From Actinomycetales bacterium (GTDB lineage: Bacteria > Actinomycetota > Actinomycetes > Actinomycetales > Dermatophilaceae): a DNA stretch of 64,000 nucleotides. The notes under the pieces are model-generated. The model was given only the letters and a program-made list of their open reading frames with translations, was not told the DNA's origin and made no database searches. The DNA is taken from NCBI GenBank assembly GCA_038237075.1, contig JBBRZC010000001.1, positions 2,959-66,958 of the forward strand, read 5' to 3'. Both the position numbers and the translations under genes were made by a program. Shown here piece after piece: positions 29,378 to 40,677 of this stretch; position 1 is the first letter of the stretch; every line of letters starts with the position of its first letter.

Positions 29378-29893
29378 TCAGCAGTCGAACACCGACCAGC
29401 AGATGTCGTTCCGCATTCGCTGGTCGTCGAGGACGAGCTCGCGAACCGCGTCCGGGAGCCGGTCACGCTGCCACTGGCACTCGGGTCGTCCGGCGGCCAC
29501 GCCATCGCCGTCGGACGCGGCAGCGCCGACGGCCTTGATCGCATAGGCCGCCGCGCCGAGCTCGTGCGCGGCGACGTGGCCGACGCAGGCGGCCTGACCC
29601 GCGGCGTACGCGGCATACCGTGCTGGCCCGCGCAGGTCCCTGGCCGCGCCCATGGCATGGCCGCCGGCTGCGCGGGCCCGCATCATGGTGACCTCGCCGC
29701 GCACCCAGGCGCGGGCGTGCTCGATCGCCTGCCGCGGTCGTGGGTCCTCGGGCCGAGTCACCTCGAAGAGGTCGAGGACGTGCTCCGCGCAGGAGGCCGC
29801 CCACAGCGCGAGGAGCTGGTGGTCCGAGTCGGTGAGGGTCCCACCCCGGCGGATCGTGACCAAGCGCGGGTCCCGGACCTTGGAGAGGATCAT
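29378..29893 (-). CDS. Putative immunity protein (Imm5-like family)
   Basis: LALWAASCAEHVL, DPRPRQAIE, AAYAAGQA...HVAAHELGAAAYA pattern, recognised from memory of the family. Confidence 0.75.
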   Translation of the reverse strand: MILSKVRDPRLVTIRRGGTLTDSDHQLLALWAASCAEHVLDLFEVTRPEDPRPRQAIEHARAWVRGEVTMMRARAAGGHAMGAARDLRGPARYAAYAAGQAACVGHVAAHELGAAAYAIKAVGAAASDGDGVAAGRPECQWQRDRLPDAVRELVLDDQRMRNDICWSVFDC

Positions 29894-29903
29894 GGCCGGC
29901 ACC

Positions 29904-29960
29904 CTACGGGCCGCCTACTGGTCGTAGACATCTCCGAAGCCCGATGCGACAGGCGCTCAC
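29904..29960 (-). pseudogene. 5' stub of a RelE/ParE-like toxin
   Basis: GTG overlaps the antitoxin stop (GTGA); reads MSACRIGLR, resembling a RelE start, then ends after 18 codons. Confidence 0.5.
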
Positions 29961-30205
29961 TCCCAGCCGAGGTCGGCCCTGACCTGCTCCCAGGGGATGT
30001 TCGGTCCCACCTCGGGCCATCGCCGCGTCGAAGTCCGCGACGTCCTTGGCGTCGTCCAAGGCCGTCATCAGCTGCTCATAGCGCTCAGGACTCACCAGCA
30101 CCCCGGTCAGGCGACCCCGGCGCTGGACGAACACCGCTTCGGTGCGTGCGGTCTCCATCGCGTCGGGCAGATGGTTCGCGCGTTGCTCATGCTCATCGTG
30201 GCCAT
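29957..30205 (-). pseudogene. Phd/YefM antitoxin pseudogene (two frameshifts)
   Basis: Reconstructs as MATMSMSNAR/NHLPDAMETARTEAVFVQRRGRLTGVLVSPERYEQLMTALDDAKDVADFDAAMA/..PNIPWEQVRADLGWE*, with frame changes near 30177 and 30012. Confidence 0.8.
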
Positions 30206-30267
30206 CCGTGAATCGTACGGTTCAGCGCCAGTGATGCATGCGAACCGGCCGCGCTAGGTGCCGGCGG

Positions 30268-30951
30268 TCAGTCGTCGGTGCGGGGCTGGCGGTGGCCCGG
30301 CGACAGCATCTCCTCGAGGGCGTCCTCGCTGTCGGGGGTGGTGATGAAGAGCAGCTCGTCGTGGGCCTCCACCGCGTCGTCGCGGCTCGGGGCGATCGGG
30401 CGGTCGTCGCGGATGATGCCGACGAGCACGGTGTCGTCGGGCCAGCTGATGTCGGCGATCCGCTTGCCGATGTAGGGGCTCTCGCCGGGCATGGTGAGCT
30501 CGACCATCGAGGCCTTGGCCTGCTGGAACTGGAAGATCCGCACGAGGTCGCCGACGCTGACCGCTTCCTCCACGAGGGCGGTCATGAGGCGGGGCGTCGA
30601 CACGGCGACGTCGACCCCCCACGACTCGTCGAACATCCACTCGTTCTTGGGGTTGTTGACCCGGGCCACGGTGCGCGGCACCCCGAACTCGGTCTTCGAG
30701 AGCAACGACACCACGAGGTTGGCCTTGTCGTCACCGGTTGCGGCGACGACGACGTCACACTCCTGCACCTTGGCCTCCTCGAGGACCGTGATCTCGCAGG
30801 CGTCGGCCAGCAGCCAGGCGGCGTCCGGCACCCGGGAGGCCTGAACGTCGTCGGCGTCCTTGTCGATGAGCAGCACCTGGTGCCCGTTGTGCAGCAGCTC
30901 GCGGGCGATCGAACGACCGACGCTCCCGGCTCCGGCGATGACGACGCGCAT
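30268..30951 (-). CDS. trkA: TrkA/KtrA family RCK (NAD-binding) K+ transport regulator
   Basis: VIAGAGSVG, AATGDDKAN, ARVNNP; TrkA-C domain. Confidence 0.93.
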   Translation of the reverse strand: MRVVIAGAGSVGRSIARELLHNGHQVLLIDKDADDVQASRVPDAAWLLADACEITVLEEAKVQECDVVVAATGDDKANLVVSLLSKTEFGVPRTVARVNNPKNEWMFDESWGVDVAVSTPRLMTALVEEAVSVGDLVRIFQFQQAKASMVELTMPGESPYIGKRIADISWPDDTVLVGIIRDDRPIAPSRDDAVEAHDELLFITTPDSEDALEEMLSPGHRQPRTDD

Positions 30952-31040
30952 CTGGACCTTCCTGGGTCGAACGGGTGAGACAACGAGGTCAAGTCGGCCG
31001 CGAGGTGGGGACGAGGCCGTGGGGACGGGAATGGGCCGGG

Positions 31041-31700
31041 TCAGTGCGGCGGCGGCTGGTCGTACGCCTTCTCGATCCGGGACAGGTCCTCGGTCGCCGC
31101 CGCGACGTGCACCTGGTCGCCGTCCTGGTAGACGGTGTCGGCACCGGGGACCATCCCGTCGCCGAGCCGGGTGAGGTAGGCGATCCGTGACCCCGTGAGC
31201 AGCTCCACCTCGCTGATCCGGTGGCCGATCCACTTGCGCGACAGCGGGACCTCGGCGACGACGACGCGACCGCTGGGGTCGGTCAGGGCGGGGACCGAGC
31301 CCTGGGGGAGCAGCTTCTGGATCATCTGGTCGGCGGTCCACCGCACCGTCGCCACGGTGGGGATGCCGAGCCGCTGGTAGACCATGGCGCGGCCCGGGTC
31401 GTAGATACGTGCGGCGACGTGCTCGACCCCGAAGGTCTCGCGGGCGACGCGCGCGGCGAGGATGTTGGAGTTGTCACCGCTGGACACGGCCGCGAAGGCG
31501 TAGGCGTCCTCGATCCGGGCCGACTTCAGGGTGTCGCGGTCGAAGCCCAGGCCGGTGACCGTCATCCCCTCGAACGAGCTGCCGAGCCGGCGGAACGACG
31601 CGGGGACCACGTCGATGACGGCCACGTCGTGGCCGATCCTGCTCAGGCTCTTGGCCAGGGTCGAGCCCACCCGGCCGCAGCCCATGATGACGAAGTGCAC
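31041..31700 (-). CDS. trkA: TrkA/KtrA family RCK protein (second paralog)
   Basis: VIMGCGRVG, AVSSGDNSN, ARIYDP. Confidence 0.93.
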   Translation of the reverse strand: MHFVIMGCGRVGSTLAKSLSRIGHDVAVIDVVPASFRRLGSSFEGMTVTGLGFDRDTLKSARIEDAYAFAAVSSGDNSNILAARVARETFGVEHVAARIYDPGRAMVYQRLGIPTVATVRWTADQMIQKLLPQGSVPALTDPSGRVVVAEVPLSRKWIGHRISEVELLTGSRIAYLTRLGDGMVPGADTVYQDGDQVHVAAATEDLSRIEKAYDQPPPH

Positions 31701-31799
31701 GCCACGAGACGCTACACCGCCTGCGGCAGACGTTGGTGCGCGTCCGCAGGGGAAGAGGGTTTGCGCGTGTCCCCCGCGGGCGCGGCATACAGTGTCCGC

Positions 31800-33809
31800 G
31801 TGGCAAGTTCCGGTCGCGTCCTCAAGCGTCTCCTGCTCGGGCGCGCGATGCGCAGTGACCGGCTCGGGGAGACCCTGCTGCCGAAGCGGCTCGCGCTGCC
31901 CATCTTCGCCAGCGACGCCCTGTCGTCGGTCGCCTACGCGCCCGACGAGATCATGCTGATGCTGGGGCTCGCCGGCGGGGCCTTCGTCACGACGCACTCG
32001 TGGCAGATCGCCGTCGGCGTGATCTTCGTCATGGCCGTCGTCGTCGCCTCCTACCGGCAGAACGTGCACGCCTACCCCTCCGGTGGCGGGGACTACGAGG
32101 TGGCGACGGTCAACCTCGGGCCGCGGGCGGGCCTCACCGTCGCGAGCGCCCTGCTCGTCGACTACGTCCTCACCGTCGCGGTGTCGATCTCCTCGGGCGT
32201 CCAGAACGCGGCGACGGCGGTCCCCAGCCTGCGCGGCCACGAGGTCGAGGTCGCCATCGGGCTCATCGTCATCCTCACGGCGATGAACCTGCGCGGGGTG
32301 CGCGAGTCGGGCACTGCCTTCGCGTTCCCCGTCTACGCGTTCATGGTCGGCATCATCGGCATGGGCCTGCTCGGGTTCGCGAAGGCCCTCACCGGCACCC
32401 TCGGCGACGCGGAGAGCGCCAAGTTCGTCCTCGTGCCCGAGGCCGGCCACGAGGAGGTCGTCGGGATCGCCGCCGCGTTCCTCCTCCTGCGGGCGTTCTC
32501 CTCCGGCTGCGCGGCTCTCACCGGGGTGGAGGCGATCTCCAACGGCGTGCCCGCGTTCAAGAAGCCGAAGAGCCGCAACGCCGCGACGACCCTGCTCCTC
32601 ATGGGGATCCTCTCGATCACCATGCTCACCGCGATCATCGGGCTCGGGCGGGCCACCGGCATCCAGATCGCCGACGACCCGGCGCGCCAGCTGACCCTGG
32701 GCGGCGTGCCGGTCGGCGACGGCTACGTCCAGGACACCGTGCTCGGCCAGCTCGCGAAGGCGGTGTTCGGCGGCTTCACACCCGGCATCGTCTTCGTCTC
32801 GATCGTCACCGGCCTCATCCTCATCCTCGCCGCGAACACCGCCTTCAACGGCTTCCCCGTCCTTGGCTCGATCCTCGCCAAGGACGGCTACCTGCCGCGC
32901 CAGCTGCACACCCGCGGCGACCGGCTCGCGTTCTCCAACGGCATCCTCATCCTCGCCGCCGGTGCGGCGCTGCTGATCGTCGCCTACCAGGCCAAGGTCA
33001 CCTCGCTGATCCAGCTCTACATCGTCGGGGTGTTCGTCTCCTTCACCCTGAGCCAGACCGGCATGATCCGGCACTGGAACCGGCACCTGCTCACCGAGCG
33101 CGACCCCAAGGCGCGGCGCCAGATGATGCGCTCGCGGGCCATCAACGGAGTCGGCGCCTTCATGTCCGGCACCGTGCTCGTCGTCGTCCTCATCACGAAG
33201 TTCATGGAGGGTGCCCGTTACGCCATCCTTGCCATGGCGGTCCTGTTCTTCCTCATGCTCGGCATCAAGCGCCACTACGACCGCGTCACCGACGAGCTGC
33301 GGCTCACCGAGGACGACTCCCAGCTGCTCCCGAGCCGGGTGCACGCCATCGTCCTGCTGAGCAAGCTGCACAAGCCGGCGATGCGCGCCCTGGCCTACGC
33401 GCGGGCGACCCGGCCGACCTTCATCGAGGCGCTCACCGTCGAGGTCGACCCGGAGGACACGGAGGCGCTGCGGGCGGAGTGGCAGCGACGCGAGATCCCC
33501 GTGCCGCTCAAGGTGCTCGCCTCGCCCTACCGCGAGATCACCCGCCCGATCGTCGACTACGTGCGCTCGATCCGCAGCGGCAACCCCCGCGACGTCGTCG
33601 TCGTCTACATCCCCGAGTACGTCCTCGGCAGGTGGTACGAGCAGCTCCTGCACAACCAGAGCGCCCTGCGCCTCAAGGCCCGGCTCCTGTTCACCCCGGG
33701 TGTCATGGTCGCCAGCGTGCCGTGGCAGCTGCGCTCGTCGGAGGGCCAGGACGACGACGACCTGTTCGGCGGTCCTGTCGTCGGGTCGGTCCGTCGCGGA
33801 CCCTCGTGA
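31800..33809 (+). CDS. APC-superfamily permease, KimA-like K+ transporter
   Basis: ASDALSSVAYA, AYPSGGGDY, GCAALTGVEAISNG, DRLAFSNG; about 12 TM plus a soluble C-terminal domain. Confidence 0.88.
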   Translation: MASSGRVLKRLLLGRAMRSDRLGETLLPKRLALPIFASDALSSVAYAPDEIMLMLGLAGGAFVTTHSWQIAVGVIFVMAVVVASYRQNVHAYPSGGGDYEVATVNLGPRAGLTVASALLVDYVLTVAVSISSGVQNAATAVPSLRGHEVEVAIGLIVILTAMNLRGVRESGTAFAFPVYAFMVGIIGMGLLGFAKALTGTLGDAESAKFVLVPEAGHEEVVGIAAAFLLLRAFSSGCAALTGVEAISNGVPAFKKPKSRNAATTLLLMGILSITMLTAIIGLGRATGIQIADDPARQLTLGGVPVGDGYVQDTVLGQLAKAVFGGFTPGIVFVSIVTGLILILAANTAFNGFPVLGSILAKDGYLPRQLHTRGDRLAFSNGILILAAGAALLIVAYQAKVTSLIQLYIVGVFVSFTLSQTGMIRHWNRHLLTERDPKARRQMMRSRAINGVGAFMSGTVLVVVLITKFMEGARYAILAMAVLFFLMLGIKRHYDRVTDELRLTEDDSQLLPSRVHAIVLLSKLHKPAMRALAYARATRPTFIEALTVEVDPEDTEALRAEWQRREIPVPLKVLASPYREITRPIVDYVRSIRSGNPRDVVVVYIPEYVLGRWYEQLLHNQSALRLKARLLFTPGVMVASVPWQLRSSEGQDDDDLFGGPVVGSVRRGPS

Positions 33810-35059
33810 GCACGGGGGCGGACTCCGCGCCGGCCGGCTCCGGAGCAGGAGCGGCCGCCGAGGACCTCGTCGGGTCCGAGGCGGTCGTCGACGTCGGCGC
33901 GGTCGCCCACGGCGGGCACTGCGTCGCCCGCCATGAGGGCCGGGTGGTCTTCGTGCGCCACGCTCTCCCCGGCGAGCGGGTCCGCGTGCGGATCACCGAG
34001 GGCCGGCCCCGGGACCGCTTCCTGCGCGGCGACGCGGTGGAGATCCTCACTCCCTCGCCTCACCGGGTCACGCCGCCTTGCCCGTATGCCGGGCCGGGAC
34101 GCTGCGGCGGCTGCGACTTCCAGCACGCGAGCCTGCCGCACCAGCGTGAGCTCAAGACCGCGGTCGTGCGCGAGCAGCTCTCGCGGCTCGCCGGCCTCGA
34201 CGTCGACGTCGCGGTCGAGCCGGTCCCGGGCGACGTGCACGGCCTGCGCTGGCGCACCCGGGTCGAGCTCGCGGTCACGCCCGAGGGACGTCCGGGGCTG
34301 CGCGTCCACCGCTCGCACGAGATCGTGCCCGTCGACGACTGCCTCATCGCGTCGCCACGGGTGGTCGAGTCGGGCGTCCTCGAGACGGTGTGGACCGGGT
34401 GCACGGCCGTCGACGTCGTCGCCGCGACCGAGCCCGACGACGCCGTGGTCGTGCCCGTCCCCGAGCACCGGGTGCCGCACGTCGTCGAGCACGTCGAGGT
34501 CGGCGGGTGGTCGGAGGACTACCGGCTCAGCGCCCGCGGCTTCTGGCAGGTGCACCCGGGTGCCGCCGCGACCTATGTCGGTCAGGTGCTCGCCGAGCTC
34601 GCGCCGATGCCGGGGGAGCGGGCCCTCGACCTGTACGCCGGGGTGGGCCTGTTCGCGCTCGCGCTCGCCGACGCGGTGGGCCCGCAGGGCGCGGTGCTCG
34701 CGGTCGAGGCGGACCGCCGCGCCGTCGAGGACGGGACCCGCAACGCGCAGGACCGGGCCCAGGTCGAGTACCGGGGCGGACGGGTCGACGCGGTGCTGCG
34801 GTCGTTGCGACGCCAGGGGATCGGCGCCGACCTCGTCGTCCTGGACCCGCCGCGCACGGGTGCGGGGCGGTCCGTCGTCGCCGACCTGGCCGCGCTGCGC
34901 CCCCGCGCCGTCGCCTACGTCGCGTGCGACCCGGCCGCCCTGGCGAGGGACACGGCATACCTGGGTGTGGCGGGCTACCGCCTGCGGTCGCTGCGCGCCT
35001 TCGACGCCTTCCCCATGACCCACCATGTCGAGTGCGTCGCGGTCTTCGAGCCGGCGTGA
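33806..35059 (+). CDS. TRAM-domain RNA (uracil-5)-methyltransferase (RlmD/TrmA-like)
   Basis: TRAM (AHGGHCVAR..FVRHALPGE), CPY..CGGC 4Fe-4S motif, FWQVH, DLYAGVG, LDPPRTG, YVACDP, FPMTHHVE. Confidence 0.92.
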   Translation: MSTGADSAPAGSGAGAAAEDLVGSEAVVDVGAVAHGGHCVARHEGRVVFVRHALPGERVRVRITEGRPRDRFLRGDAVEILTPSPHRVTPPCPYAGPGRCGGCDFQHASLPHQRELKTAVVREQLSRLAGLDVDVAVEPVPGDVHGLRWRTRVELAVTPEGRPGLRVHRSHEIVPVDDCLIASPRVVESGVLETVWTGCTAVDVVAATEPDDAVVVPVPEHRVPHVVEHVEVGGWSEDYRLSARGFWQVHPGAAATYVGQVLAELAPMPGERALDLYAGVGLFALALADAVGPQGAVLAVEADRRAVEDGTRNAQDRAQVEYRGGRVDAVLRSLRRQGIGADLVVLDPPRTGAGRSVVADLAALRPRAVAYVACDPAALARDTAYLGVAGYRLRSLRAFDAFPMTHHVECVAVFEPA

Positions 35060-35068
35060 GCGGGTCTG

Positions 35069-35755
35069 TCAGGCGAGGACCCGCCTGGCCGTGACCGGGC
35101 CCGCGGCCCGCAGCTCGGCCGCCTGGGCGAGGTAGAGCTCGGCGCAGGCGAGGGCGTCGCCGAGGGCGTGGTGGGCCCGGTAGGTGGGCAGGCCGTGGCG
35201 GCGGCGCGCCTGGGACAGCCGCAACGTGCCCTCGCGCGGGTCGGGCTGCCAGGCCGACGTCGTCAGCCGGCGCTCCAGCTCGAGGGTGTCCACCGCCGGG
35301 CAGGGCAGGTCGGCGCCCCACGTGCGCCCGCAGGCGACCGACAGGAAGGTGGTCTCGATCCGCGCGTGGTGGGCGAGGAGCACCCGACCGGCCAGCGCCT
35401 GGAGGAGCTCGGCGAGCGCGTCCGGCAGCGGGAGCCCCCCGGCGACGAGGTCGTCGCCGAGCCCGTGGAACGTCGCACTCTGGCCGACCGGTGCCGAGCC
35501 CTGCACGAGGAGGTGGCGGGCGCCCGAGAGCTCGATGCGCAGACCGTCGACGGGGACGAAGCCGATCGAGACGATGCTGGCGGTGCGCACGTCGAGGCCC
35601 GTCGTCTCGAGGTCGACGGCGAGGAGCCGCAGCTCGCGAAGTTCCGTCGCCGGGCCTGGTGGGGGCGTCGCGAGGAAGTCGCGCAACGGTCCCGGCGAGG
35701 CGGCCCGCAGCGCCTCTCGGCGCTGCCGGTCCGGCGAGCGGGGCCACCACCTCAT
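35069..35755 (-). CDS. DEDDh 3'-5' exonuclease family protein
   Basis: Exo I VDLETTGL, Exo II-like LAHHARIE, Exo III HHALGDA. Confidence 0.88.
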   Translation of the reverse strand: MRWWPRSPDRQRREALRAASPGPLRDFLATPPPGPATELRELRLLAVDLETTGLDVRTASIVSIGFVPVDGLRIELSGARHLLVQGSAPVGQSATFHGLGDDLVAGGLPLPDALAELLQALAGRVLLAHHARIETTFLSVACGRTWGADLPCPAVDTLELERRLTTSAWQPDPREGTLRLSQARRRHGLPTYRAHHALGDALACAELYLAQAAELRAAGPVTARRVLA

Positions 35756-35765
35756 CGGTGAGGGC

Positions 35766-37634
35766 TCACGAGATGTACTGCAACGGGTAGCGGCTCGCGA
35801 GGACCGACTGGCCCGAGCGGATCACCGCGAACGCCTCCCGCAGGTGGCGCTTCTCGAAGGTGCTCAGCTCATCGGGGGCGACGTGGTTGTCGGGGTCGAG
35901 CCCGGAGGCCACCTGGGCGGCCTGGTGGCGCAGCCGCACGGACGAGATGAACTCGAAGGCGTCGAGCAGGTCGGCACCGGCCTCACGGCTGAGCAGGCCG
36001 GCGGAGACGACGGCGTCGATCCGAGCGCGGGTGGTGACGGCGCCCGACCCCACGGAGAGGGCGTGAACCCGGGCCAGCTCGACGAGGGCACCGACGCCCC
36101 CGCGCTTGATGTCGAGGGTGTTCTTGTGCGCGCCCTTCCGGTCCAGCACGAACCCCCGGAAGAACCCCAGCGGGGGCTCGTGCTCGACCGCGTGCTTCGC
36201 GAGATGGGCGAGGAAGCTGGTGCTCGTCGGAGCGAGGCCGTTGACGTAGCTCATGAGGGAGTCGACGAGGTTCGGGTCGCCGTGCACGGCGCGCATGTCG
36301 AAGAAGATGCTGGCCCGCATGACGGCGTCGGAGGTGGGCTCGGTGAGCCAGGTCGCGAAGGACCGTCGCCACGCGGCCAGCGGCTGGCGCCACGACGGGT
36401 TGGTGGCCATCACATCACCGCGGCACCGGGGGTACCCGCAGACGTCGAGCCCGTCCGTGACCGCGCGCGCCAGCGCCTCGAACCAGGTCGCGTCCTGCTC
36501 GGTGACGTCGTCGTGCAGGAGGATCGCGTTGTCCTGGTCGGCGGCGAGGGCCTGCTCCGACCTGGCCCGCGACCCGAGGACGACCCAGCAGTAGGGGACC
36601 GGCGGCGGCCCGAGCTCGGCCTCGGCGAGCGCGAGGAGGCGTCGCTCGACGGCGTCCCCCACCGCGGTGACGACCCGGCTGATCTCGTCTGCCGAGGCGC
36701 CCTGACGCACGAGTCCCTCGACGACCGAGGGCAGGCGTCCGGCGACCCGGGCAACCCCGGCGAGGTCGGGCTGCCTGGCCACGTCGCCGACGAGGTGGAC
36801 GGGGTCGGCCCGCTCGACCCGGAGCAGGTCGGTGGCCGTCACGACGCCAACCACGCGCCCGGCGTCGAGGACGGGCAGGTGATGGATGTTGCGGGTGACC
36901 ATGTCGAGGAGCACGTCGACGGTGCGAGACTCGGCGCTGGCGCAGACGGGGTCGCGGGTCATCACGGCGTCGACCGGGTCGTGCGGCGAGCGCTCCGCGG
37001 CGACGACGCGGTTGCGCAGGTCGCGGTCCGTGACGATGCCCACGAGGTGGTCGCCGTGCATGACGAGCAGGCACGAGACGCCACTGGCTGCCATCTGCCG
37101 GGCCGCGTCGAGGATCGAGACGCCGGTCGCGACGGTGACGGGATCGCGCCCGATCAGGTCGCTGACCCGGCCGCGCAGCCCGGAGGCCCCCGTCGGGACC
37201 TGCTGCTGGGCGGTCACGGCGGCTGCGAGCCGGTCGCGTCGCTGCTCGTCGAAGAACCGGGCGAACCCGGGGTGCGCGCGCGAGACCGCGCCGAAGGCGT
37301 CGGCGCCCAGGAGGAGCACGAGGCTGTCCTCGATGGCGGTGACGGTGAGGGTCGACGGCTGGCCGCTGGTCATCGAGGTGGACCCGAAGCAGGAGCCCGC
37401 GGCGCCGCGGTCCACGAGGGCGCCGTGCTCGTCGGTGATGTCGACGGCCCCGGAGCGCACGACGTAGAGGTGGTCGTTGCGCTGCCTCAGGGCGATGACC
37501 GGCGTCCCCCGGCGGACGTACTCGACGGCGAACCGCGGCGCCAGCGCCTCGAGGTCGGGGTGGGACAGGTCGTCGAAGGGAGGGTGCTGGGCCAAGAAGT
37601 CCGTGATCTCGCTGAGCTCGACGTCCAGGGCCAT
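35766..37634 (-). CDS. cNMP-binding / CBS / DUF294 putative nucleotidyltransferase
   Basis: N-terminal cNMP domain (VVRSGAV), CBS pair (GIVTDRDL, HHLPV), NTase motif LGSRARSEQ..DQDN, DIKRGG. Confidence 0.9.
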   Translation of the reverse strand: MALDVELSEITDFLAQHPPFDDLSHPDLEALAPRFAVEYVRRGTPVIALRQRNDHLYVVRSGAVDITDEHGALVDRGAAGSCFGSTSMTSGQPSTLTVTAIEDSLVLLLGADAFGAVSRAHPGFARFFDEQRRDRLAAAVTAQQQVPTGASGLRGRVSDLIGRDPVTVATGVSILDAARQMAASGVSCLLVMHGDHLVGIVTDRDLRNRVVAAERSPHDPVDAVMTRDPVCASAESRTVDVLLDMVTRNIHHLPVLDAGRVVGVVTATDLLRVERADPVHLVGDVARQPDLAGVARVAGRLPSVVEGLVRQGASADEISRVVTAVGDAVERRLLALAEAELGPPPVPYCWVVLGSRARSEQALAADQDNAILLHDDVTEQDATWFEALARAVTDGLDVCGYPRCRGDVMATNPSWRQPLAAWRRSFATWLTEPTSDAVMRASIFFDMRAVHGDPNLVDSLMSYVNGLAPTSTSFLAHLAKHAVEHEPPLGFFRGFVLDRKGAHKNTLDIKRGGVGALVELARVHALSVGSGAVTTRARIDAVVSAGLLSREAGADLLDAFEFISSVRLRHQAAQVASGLDPDNHVAPDELSTFEKRHLREAFAVIRSGQSVLASRYPLQYIS

Positions 37635-37733
37635 GACGCCATCCTCGCAGCACCCGAATACCCAGACCCCGGGATCTGCGCGATGCTGGGTACGGACAGG
37701 CTGCCGCCTCGCTCGAGACAGGCGCGCGAGCGG

Positions 37734-37762
37734 TATGCTTAGATATCTTGATGTCAAGATAG
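37734..37762 (+). promoter_or_regulatory. acnA promoter: -10 TATGCT followed by the palindromic operator TATCTTGA-TG-TCAAGATA
   Basis: TATGCT 37734-37739; perfect 8-bp arms at 37744-37751 and 37754-37761; RBS gaagggag before GTG 37785. Confidence 0.7.
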
Positions 37763-37784
37763 TTTCGCGATGAAGGGAGCCCTC

Positions 37785-40586
<2,802 letters not shown>

Positions 40587-40632
40587 CGTCGACCACGCGC
40601 GACCGGCCACCCGGCATACCGACTCGGCAGGT

Positions 40633-40652
40633 CCGCCCCACTCGTGGGGCGG
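40633..40652. terminator. Hairpin between convergent acnA and fic
   Basis: ccgcccca-ctcg-tggggcgg. Confidence 0.6.
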
Positions 40653-40677
40653 GCGTGGCGTGAGGTTCTGGTGCCGG

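Noticed and set aside
32000-35059. Apparent 1019-aa ORF
   Set aside because: The first 600 codons are an off-frame read of the permease; the real methyltransferase starts at GTG 33806.
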